DNA of 19,523 nucleotides from Octopus sinensis (Eukaryota). The notes below the pieces were generated by a model that saw only the letters and a list, made by a program, of their open reading frames with translations, searched no databases and had not been told where the DNA came from. This document shows positions 11,067 through 19,523 of this stretch, piece by piece. The stretch's first letter is position 1; each line of letters begins with the position of its first letter. The position numbers were made by a program, and so were the translations under genes. The stretch covers positions 1 through 19,523 of the forward strand of contig NW_021824234.1 in assembly GCF_006345805.1 (NCBI RefSeq). The letters run 5' to 3'.

Positions 11067-11099
11067 TATGCCCGTGGGCATATAATTACATCGAATAGT

Positions 11100-11119
11100 A
11101 ACAATATAATAATAATAAT

Positions 11120-11163
<44 letters not shown>

Positions 11164-11175
11164 TAATAATAATAA

Positions 11176-11206
<31 letters not shown>

Positions 11207-11325
11207 AAGAAGAAGAAGAAGAAGACAGAAGAAAGAAAAGAGGGAAGAAGAAGAAGAAGAAGAAGAAGAAGAAGAAGAAGAAGAAGAAGAAGAAGAAGAA
11301 GAAGAAGAAGAAGAAGAAGAAATAT
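11100..11325. repeat. Compound (AAT)n-(AAG)n microsatellite
   Basis: Direct reading. Confidence 0.97.
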
Positions 11326-11822
11326 GAGGAGGAGAGAAAGAAAAGTTCCCATGTGTCTGCAGATGAGGCAAATTTTACTGCAATGTCAAAAAATTTTAGA
11401 TTGAATGATTAATTTTATTCGAAATAAACCAAGTGATCCGATACAGACGATTCTCTTTCATTTTCTTCTGTAGACGTTTAGACATTGGTGAGAAGAAAGG
11501 TTAGAATCGAGCAGAGGATGAGATAAAATGGAATCCTTCAATGAATTTCACTCAGACATCAAACGATATGGAAATAGGAGACGAGTAATATTGGCTGGAA
11601 ATGGTCTCAGTTTTTTTATCTGCCCCTTACAATAATCATATTAAAGATAGTGTTGCCCACGTCAAGGCAAATGGAAGCTTTATTATTTCCATTCCGGCAA
11701 TAGTTTCTGGTATCAATACAAGTATAGCTTTCGACTGATATTAAATCCGGGCTATCGGTCCGACATGTGTCATTTTAAATATTAAATTTAACTCATTTAG
11801 CTCGGCTTCGTTTCTCTTTCTT

Positions 11823-11826
<4 letters not shown>

Positions 11827-11879
<53 letters not shown>

Positions 11880-12085
11880 TGTCTGTATGAGCGTGCATGT
11901 ATGTGTGAATGTGTGTATGCGCGTGTGAAAGCAAGTGTATAAGAGTTTCAACGACTGTTTGTGGTATATATGTGTGTGTATATGAGTGTATATATGCATG
12001 TATGTACATATATTTTATATATGTGTGTGCATGTGTACATTGTCTATATCACGTTTATAGATTTTAGAACTAGTTATTTTGCTCC

Positions 12086-12120
<35 letters not shown>

Positions 12121-12150
12121 ATGCGTGTGTGTGTGTGTGTGTGTGTGTAT
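11827..12150. repeat. (GT)n-rich microsatellite cluster
   Basis: Direct reading. Confidence 0.92.
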
Positions 12151-12309
12151 GTCTAGATATATCTATATATAGATATAAATATAAGAGAGTGGTCACTATT
12201 TATAATATGTTATAAAATATTATAATAATCCAGGTTTCTCGGGGCACTGGGCCACTTGGTGTTGAATAGGTATACTATTAAATTAGTATCTAATTCTCTC
12301 ACCCTTATT

Positions 12310-12485
12310 AATTAATTATATATAGATATATATATCTCTATATGTATATATATATATATATAGTATATATATATACATAGACATACATATATGTCTGTAT
12401 GCATGTAAGTATATATATGCATATATACATATGTGCGTGTGTATGGATGCCTGTATATATGGGTGTGTATATATATATATATATA

Positions 12486-12516
<31 letters not shown>

Positions 12517-13025
12517 CTTTATGCAATATTATGTAATAGATACACATTCTTATTCTCACGCGCACACATTTACACACACACACTCGCACACACATTATAT
12601 ATGTGTGAATAGTGCGCATGTGTACGTGACAACAAGTAGTATGTATATACAGGTGAATATTGAGTAACATGTGTCTCTTACATACAGATATATATATAAA
12701 TGTATCAGGAAATATATTCCCGTATGCGATATACAAACATGTATCATACATGCATACATACATTCATGAATACCTTTATGCATACATAATATCATTGATA
12801 TTTATGCACACACACACACACACACTCACACAATACACATACATACCTTAATATATATAGATAGATAGAGAGAGAGAGAGAGGGGGAGAGAGAGATACAT
12901 AGTAGATAGATAGATAGATAGATAGATAGAAAGATAGATAGATAGAGAGAGGTGGGAGAAAAGTAAGAAGGGAGACTGTGAGGACGAGTAAAGATCGCTA
13001 GTGTTGAATTAGAGAAAAATACCGA

Positions 13026-13071
<46 letters not shown>
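12310..13071. repeat. (TA)n, (CA)n, (GA)n, (GATA)n microsatellite cluster
   Basis: Direct reading. Confidence 0.9.
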
Positions 13072-13075
<4 letters not shown>

Positions 13076-13271
13076 ACAGAAAGAAAGAGTTTGAAAATAT
13101 AAAATTAGAGAATGTAAACGTCTGAACTATGAAAGAAGGTGAAATAACCGGAGCTCATTAATCTCGCCGTAGCTTGCTACTGTTACGTTGGCGGTTGGAT
13201 ATTTCATGGTTGGTACAAGTACTTCGCAATACCTTCCATGTATATGTGTGTATATATCCATCTAAAAAGCT

Positions 13272-13274
<3 letters not shown>

Positions 13275-13328
<54 letters not shown>

Positions 13329-13542
13329 TCCACCCCTCTCTCTCATTCCCCCTCTCTCTCTCCCTCTCACTCCCACCCCCTCTCTCTCTACCTACCTACC
13401 TGTCTGTTTCGGCCTATCTTTTATCTCCTTTTCTCATTCTTTGTTCCTAATCTTAGTCTTTTTCTATACACAAACTGCCTCGGTAACTATCTCTTTAAGT
13501 CTGTTTGTTTACTTACCTATCTATCTATCTATCCATCTATCC

Positions 13543-13626
<84 letters not shown>

Positions 13627-13662
13627 GTCTGTCTATCTATCTATCCATCTATCCATCTATCC

Positions 13663-13731
<69 letters not shown>

Positions 13732-13796
13732 CATACATGCATACATACATGCATATCTTCTCCCTACCTACTATTCTCTCTCTCTCTCTCTCCCTC

Positions 13797-13844
<48 letters not shown>

Positions 13845-13870
13845 AGATATATATATATATATATATATAT
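13275..13870. repeat. (CT)n, long (CTAT)n (13515-13730) and (TA)n microsatellites
   Basis: Direct reading. Confidence 0.97.
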
Positions 13871-14641
13871 ATCCCGTACCTATATGTCCCACCACGTTGT
13901 TACTGCACTAGTGTAAGGGATGTACTATGAGACTGAACATGTTCAGGAAGGTTTATCATTAGAAATTATATTATATATATATATACAAAATTTAGAGGAC
14001 TGACTAAAAGTGGACAGCCTATATGCTAAACATAGACGTCAAACTGCTATTACCACGAGGAATCTGTTCTCAAGAAAAATCTCAGCAAAAAAACAAAATG
14101 TAAAAATAAGCAAGACAAATGAAAATATACGAAATAAAAAACGATTACCTATGTACCATTGGTTTCACTTGCTAATATTTACGTATATGGACACGCAAAT
14201 ATCTGCAAGATCATCAGCATAGTCTGTCGTTTACAAAACACAATTTCCCGAACTAAATACAGAACGCTCAGCCGAAATCCAGCATGTATAACGTTCTACA
14301 AATTATATGGTCAGTCCTCTGAATTTTGTATGTAAAACAATTTTTAATCTTCGGATTTTAAAAAAAATATGCTAAGCCACTGGTTTTAATTGATTAATAT
14401 CAATTTCTACCCTTATTTGATTTTAAATAAAAAAAAATGTTCTCTGACCGGTAAATTGACTGCTGTAGTTTATTAACTGCAGAGTAATTCCCGATCTCAG
14501 CGCGCCAAAGTGAAGGCATTTGAAAGATACACCTAAATATATAAAATTGCTATAGAATGAAGGATAACCCAAGATGAATTAAACGATTAAAGATTTTACA
14601 ATTTTGTATTGTGTTTTCTTTTAATTATCTTCCTTTTTTAC

Positions 14642-14683
<42 letters not shown>

Positions 14684-14710
14684 AGGGAGAGAGAAAGAGA
14701 GAGAGAGAGA
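14642..14710. repeat. (TA)n-(TG)n-(GA)n compound microsatellite
   Basis: Direct reading. Confidence 0.92.
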
Positions 14711-15204
14711 AATTGGGAAGAGTTATTAGTAATTGATTATCAATCCAGGCAAAATACTTCGTGAGCTCTCTGCTGGCGCACCGGGCTAACAATATTGTTT
14801 AGATTAATAAAGAACTCCAAGCGTTCTTATGGCTGGGACCGAAGTTGTTGTTCATCACCATTCTATGCAGTAAATCCGTGGTTGCGCTCCAGTTAAACTG
14901 GTTTTTAAACAGAGTGATACATAAGACAAGATAGAGATAATGGTCATTACATTTTTTTCTTTTATTAGAGTAAATTTCTGGTTAAATGGCTCTGACGAAA
15001 GTAGCATTAATTTTTTATGTCGTTCAATTTCTCTCAACTGATCAATATACCAACTGAGTAACGTACCGATAATGACTGCTGGAAACAGCTGTAAGCTAAA
15101 TTTACTCCAATAAAGGAAAAGATATGTAATGACAATTATTTATATATTGCCGAAACCCTCGGACCTACAGTCACTCTGCTACTTCTGCTAAATATTAATA
15201 AAAT

Positions 15205-15225
15205 ATGTATATATATACATAATAT

Positions 15226-15283
<58 letters not shown>

Positions 15284-15491
15284 ATATAATATATATACTT
15301 TATTTTAAGCAGCAGAAAATTCAACAAAATCTGTTACTCTGAGTTTCTCGTTGCCGTCATCAGACAGTTTTTGCTAGAATAAAGCATAGACTCTCCCACT
15401 TGTATTTGAGTACTCTTTTTTTTTCCACCTTGTTTCACTTTAGGTGTTTACTCCGTTATATATATATATATATTATTATATATAATATATA

Positions 15492-15530
<39 letters not shown>

Positions 15531-15555
15531 ATATATCATAGATAGATATATAGAT

Positions 15556-15630
<75 letters not shown>

Positions 15631-15662
15631 TAGATAGATAGATATAGATATAGATAGATAGA
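15205..15662. repeat. (TA)n tracts (15205-15295, 15455-15530) and (GATA)n (15540-15662)
   Basis: Direct reading. The two TA tracts bracket the second hammerhead motif. Confidence 0.95.
15322..15376 (-). ncRNA. Minimal type I hammerhead ribozyme motif
   Basis: UAGCAAAAACUGU-CUGAUGA-CG(GCAA)CG-A-GAAACUC-A-GAGUA-ACAGAUUUUGUUG. Stem I is 13 bp with one A-A mismatch and two G-U pairs. Stem II is 2 bp with a GNRA loop. Stem III is ACUC/GAGU with a 1-nt loop. The cleavage triplet is GUA. Confidence 0.75.
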
Positions 15663-15800
15663 TCGATAAAACTTACTTGGAAAAGGATGCGTGGCGTTCG
15701 ATCATATAATAATATAAATAATGTATAAATATATGCATATATACATACATGCATGTACATACCGGTTAATATAGGGCGTTACGATTATCAGAAAATCAAA

Positions 15801-16283
15801 AATAAAATGTGTGTAATAGGTGTAAAACAACTTTCTATGAACGAATATGAAAAAAAAAATTCGCGCACGCAAAAGGGAGGTGGGGGAGAGGCCTCGGAAA
15901 ATTCACATCGGGAAGTTCCGAAAGCGTCTGAGGGGCTGACCCGGGCACCAAAACAAAAAAGAAATAGTGTAATATGTGTAAAACAACTTGCTCTAAATGA
16001 ATATGAAAAAAAAAATGCGCTCTCGCGAAAGAGGGGTGGGGGAGAGGCTTCGGAAAATTTATATCGGGAATTTCCGAAAGCGTCTGAACCGGGCACAAAA
16101 ACAAAAATAAAACAGCGTAATAGGTGTAAAACAACTTGCTCTAAACGACTATGATGAAAAAGATTCGCGCTCGCGAAAGGGGGGGTGGGGAGAGGCTTCG
16201 GAAATTTCACATCTTCAGTCCACGCCTTTAAACTAAGAAAAAATAGTGTAATTGGTGTAAAACTACTTGTTCTAAACGAGTAT
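15801..16283. repeat. ~150-bp tandem repeat, about 3.3 copies
   Basis: The unit start GTGTAATAGGTGTAAAACAAC recurs at 15811, 15967, 16115 and 16246 (periods 156, 148, 131). Each of the first three copies carries CGCG..CGC.AAAG.G..GTGGGG..GAGGC.TCGGAAA. Confidence 0.92.
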
Positions 16284-16353
16284 CAAGAACACACACTCAC
16301 ACATGAATCATAAAACCCGTATTTTTGTACATATTTCGCAAAAAAAAAAAAAA

Positions 16354-17128
16354 TAATAAAGAAGAAATTCTGGAAAAGTGAAGAAATGTTGGATCTCCGC
16401 CATGTGAATCAAAATACGTGTCAGAAACATCTTGAAATACTACAGAAATTATGTTACGAAAATGATAATGTATACATACCTCTTTGAGTGGTCCATCGAC
16501 AATGATGATAAAGAAATGAGTTGGATTTGAACTCAGAATATTGACTAACACAAATACATACTACAAGACTCAAAATATTCAGCCAAGTCACCACCCTTTA
16601 ACTAGCAATAATAATAACATCAATAACATAACAGCCAAAAGATTTATTTGTTCTGAAAATAACAATCATAGTAAATAAATATGTTCTTTAATATTCACAT
16701 TCATGTGCACAGTTAAACACACTTACATACAAACAGTCACGCATGCATAATACAGAACGGAACACATAAATGAAGGATGCATTACTTAGTATATATTACA
16801 TCTAGAGAATTTTGATTAATAAGTCAAATATGCAAATTATAAAGATAATTAATTGCTTTACTAAACAGTGTTGTAAAGGTGAAAAAATAAATTTGGGAAA
16901 AAAATACACGCCAAAACTAATTAATAAAGGATAATTAGGGAAGGATTGACACAAAATAATTATTTTTTCTGTCTTTTTTTTCTGATAAATGCATCTTAAT
17001 AAGTGAGAAGAATTGCATATATCTGAACTATTTCAAAGAAAAGCATAAATTTAATGTTTAAAATAGCTTTAACCAAGGAATGAGATCCAACATTTCTTCA
17101 CTTTTTCCAGAATTTCTTCTCTTTATTA
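16354..17128. repeat. Inverted repeat pair, 44/47 bp arms (16354-16397 and 17082-17128)
   Basis: The reverse complement of the left arm, GAGATCCAACATTTCTTCACTTTTCCAGAATTTCTTCTTTATTA, matches the right arm with only two small indels (+T, +CT). Confidence 0.92.
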
Positions 17129-17139
17129 GACTTTTCTGT

Positions 17140-17160
17140 TATATATATATATGGATACAC

Positions 17161-17215
<55 letters not shown>

Positions 17216-17222
17216 GTATATT
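17140..17222. repeat. (TA)n-(CA)n-(TA)n microsatellite
   Basis: Direct reading. Confidence 0.95.
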
Positions 17223-17297
17223 AATATAAATACATGAAAGTCCATGAAGTTTGTTAAAAAAAAAGGGGATCATGTATATACCTCCTGGCTGTTGAGA

Positions 17298-17768
17298 TTA
17301 TAACACCTCGTTGTTAACAATGTTCCTTGTTTTTCCTTGTGGAGCATATACAAAAAAGTTTCTTTTGGTTCCTACTCTTGAGCAGCCAACATACAATTGC
17401 CTATGCGAGAAGCAGGACTCTTCCAAGAGAAGACCAGCTACAGAGAGGGTTTGACCCTGAGATTTATTAATGGACATGGCAAAGCTGACACGAAGTGGGA
17501 ATTGCAGTCTTCTGAATGTAAATGGAATTTCTGCTCCTGATGGAGTAAGAGGAAATCTTGGAATAAAGACGTCATCAGCTTTTCCACATCCAGAAAGAAT
17601 GATCGCCTCGATAACGTGTGACATCATTTTCTTTATCACCAGTCGTGTTCCATTGCAAAGTCTTGGTGGTTCCAGATTGCGGAGTAGCATTACAGGAGTT
17701 CCAACTTTAAGTGCTAATATGTGTGGAGGTAGTCCAGGAGGCTCCAGTGAATTGAGAAATTCCACCAC
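17298..17768 (-). pseudogene. Helitron RepHel Pif1-family (SF1B) helicase, C-terminal fragment
   Basis: Translation [42 protein letters not shown]...[24 protein letters not shown]...[13 protein letters not shown]...KTRNIV matches the canonical Helitron helicase C-terminus (motifs V and VI). Homology starts abruptly at VEFLNSL and there is no Walker A. HGQ>HRQ suggests decay. Confidence 0.95.
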
Positions 17769-18137
17769 CAGAATTTGCTTTTGGCTTTCTTAGCCATTTC
17801 TGTTTTGGCGACTTCAAAGCCATGAAGTCGTTGTCGAGAAGAACGGTGGTCTCCTTGACAACGCTTACGACGTTGATTTCCCTACCCTGCCTCCCCCACA
17901 GCTTCATGAAGGAGGGAGGAAGGGGAGGAGCAACACAGGTGCAGGTGCGAGCATTGGACGCCAACATCGCCGCCGCCGACACACGAAGAATTGGAAGAAC
18001 CCAGACGACAGCTTCACAGTCAAAGGGCAACTCTGCCACAAACACCACCACCACCATCACCAAGACGACCAACACCACCACCACCACCACTACCACTACC
18101 ACCATGACCACCACCACCACCATCACCACTACCACCA

Positions 18138-18525
18138 TCAACGTGGGGCCCATTTTTTTCCATTCCAAGTGTAGTACGATGGAATGTGTGGAAACAGCAA
18201 GGTTTGAGCGAATGGATCCACTTGACAAAGCTTGAAGAATGCAGTGAGTGTGCTATTCCTTGGTTCCTCTGCCAACAGAGAAGCATTAGCATCGGTGAAG
18301 TACACTCTTTGACCATTTTCCAGGTACACTGCAAGCTGTTGAATGGCGGGGTGTCGTTGGTGAATTGGAAAGCCAAAGATGCGCCAGAAAGCCTCGTTGC
18401 TACTTATGCACCGTCCCACCTGATAATGCGTCACCTCATCCTGGCAGTATTGTTGTTGAAGTCCAAACATTGCAGCGTCAGAACCCTTGTTCTGACGGTA
18501 CATATGCACTTCGATATTGATGAGT
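18138..18525 (-). pseudogene. Helitron RepHel fragment: end of Rep domain and linker
   Basis: NKGSDAAMFG...DEVTHYQVGRCISSNEAFWRIFGFPIHQRHPAIQQLAVYLENGQRVYFT...TLTAFFKLC...LLFPHIPSYYTWN matches the conserved Helitron segment after Rep motif 3 (KY..KYVNKGSD; GRYISSNEA.WRI.GFPIH.R.P; LAVHLENGQRVYF). The IKYICKYV part is frameshifted or degenerate near 18500-18525. Confidence 0.9.
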
Positions 18526-18729
18526 TGATCAAATAGATGACCTCGACTTCATTACATTCGATATGATAATAGACACCACAAGCAAAATTAGTTTCGCCTC
18601 TATTACGGGGTTTACTAAATTTTGCAATAATCGTGGAAATGTCACAGGATGCAAATAAACCGTGGCCTACTTTAGTTAATACTGGATATTTTGCTTCAAT
18701 GTTTTCTTGCTTGGATATTATCATTCAGT

Positions 18730-19105
18730 TTTCATCTTTTATCTTTTACTTGTTTCAGTCATTTGGCTGCAGCTATACTGGGACACCGATTTGAAGAATT
18801 TTTAGTACTTTTTAAGCCAGGTACTTATTTTATCAGTCTCATTTGCCGGACTACTAAGTTACGGGGATGTAAAGAAATCAACACCGGTTATCAAGTATAG
18901 TGGGGGACAATAACAGAGACAAAGATACATACACGTAGATATACATATTCGAAGGGCTTCTTTCAGTTTCCATCTATCAAATCCACTCACAAGGCTTTGG
19001 CCAGCCCGTAACTATTGTAGAAGACACTCGCCCTATGTGCAACGTAGTGGGGTTGAACCCAGAACGATGTGGTTGGTAAGCATGCTTCTTACTGCGCAGA
19101 CTCGC
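18730..19105 (-). mobile_element. Near full-length tRNA-derived SINE (octopus-type)
   Basis: On the minus strand: decayed A-box region, B box GGGTTCAACCCC (19049-19060), CORE-like AGGGCGAGTGTCTTCTAC, internal TA/TG tract, ...CCCCGTAACTTAG...AAATAAGTACC..., and 3' end CAAATGACTGAAACAAGT with an (AAAAGAT)n tail. Family identity is recalled from knowledge, not searched. Confidence 0.85.
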
Positions 19106-19523
19106 TTTTGTTTTTTTCAGCTACTTTAATGACTTGTTCTTCGTTTCTAAATGGTTAAACAACACGTGGTTGCATCCTGCCGTTCTAAATTACTGCTGTC
19201 TCTATCCGATTAGCTTCGTGATGTTCTCTAGCGATAATTTTAAAATGTAGGCCAAATATTCAAAAGGAATGAATATTGCGATCATAATGTTCTTCATTAC
19301 ACAGGCCTTGAGTAATTTTGTAGAGTAATTAGAAAAAAAAAGAACAAATAAGATCACTAATCCACTTAAGTACTTATTGATAGAGTAATGGAATAATCTT
19401 AGTCTTTATAATAGCAATTAAGTTAAATATTGAATTTTTATATCAAAGATATGAAATTGAATTTATAAATGTGTGTGTTTGCGCATTTGTGTGTGTGTGC
19501 ACATATATTATACATTGGGGATC

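Larger units (their letters stand above)
10768..11083 (-). mobile_element. tRNA-headed SINE-like element: tRNA-like head + (AAT)n + hammerhead-containing body + short tandem tail
   Basis: The minus strand reads TATGCCCACGGGCATA-TGGCGTAGTGG(A box)-TTAAGAGTGCGGGTTACTAACCCCAAGAATCTGA-GTTCGATTCC(B box)-(AAT)n-...-hammerhead core-...-TGTAAATAA CGTAAATGA TGTACAAAG (degenerate 9-bp tail repeats). That these parts form a single unit is inferred from contiguity, shared orientation and recollection of a similar octopus repeat. Confidence 0.75.

Noticed and set aside
11011-11083. Functional tRNA gene
   Set aside because: A and B boxes are present, but there is no acceptor stem, the canonical 5-bp anticodon stem is mismatched, and the B box runs straight into (AAT)n. 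It fits a SINE head.
14195-14230. Minus-strand TDYADDLA (RT-like YADD) and a CTGATGA core
   Set aside because: It is an isolated octapeptide flanked by stops with no other RT motifs, and no GAAA or stem follows the CTGATGA.
780-15760. Most ORF-track entries (poly-CV, HT, YI, LS, LSIY, poly-L/S/F; e.g. 13174-13911, 11036-11371, 12338-12763)
   Set aside because: They are translations of stop-free microsatellites with no domain content.
15788-16210. ORFs 15753-16154, 15788-16210 and 15835-16134 with internal repeats
   Set aside because: These are by-products of the 150-bp tandem repeat. Unit lengths do not preserve frame.
16590-17297. Helitron 3' terminus (hairpin + CTAG) at CTAG 16602 or 16802
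   Set aside because: Neither has a GC-rich subterminal hairpin. The termini of the Helitron cannot be defined from this window.
17470-17793. + strand 107-aa ORF (also 18186-18536)
   Set aside because: Antisense shadows of the Helitron coding fragments.
1-19523. CRISPR array or prokaryotic defence system
   Set aside because: The sequence is eukaryotic repeat-rich DNA. No repeat-spacer array or operon-like coding density is present.

Overview
AT-rich, microsatellite-dense eukaryotic non-coding DNA. The repeat families resemble ones I recall from Octopus genomes, so the organism call is an inference, not a search result. No intact host protein-coding gene can be supported, and nearly all ORF-track entries are microsatellite translations. 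Supported content: (i) an internally deleted Helitron on the minus strand (Rep-helicase linker 18138-18525, Pif1 helicase C-terminus 17298-17768), with the expected core replaced by a ~370-bp GC-rich foreign insert; (ii) a decayed L1/Tx1-type APE endonuclease (9998-10623, minus); (iii) several tRNA-derived SINEs; (iv) two minimal type I hammerhead ribozyme motifs on the minus strand (10827-10872, 15322-15376), the first lying inside an element with a tRNA-like Pol III head (10768-11083); (v) a ~150-bp tandem repeat and a near-perfect 44-bp inverted repeat. The best lead is the tRNA-headed, hammerhead-carrying SINE-like element.
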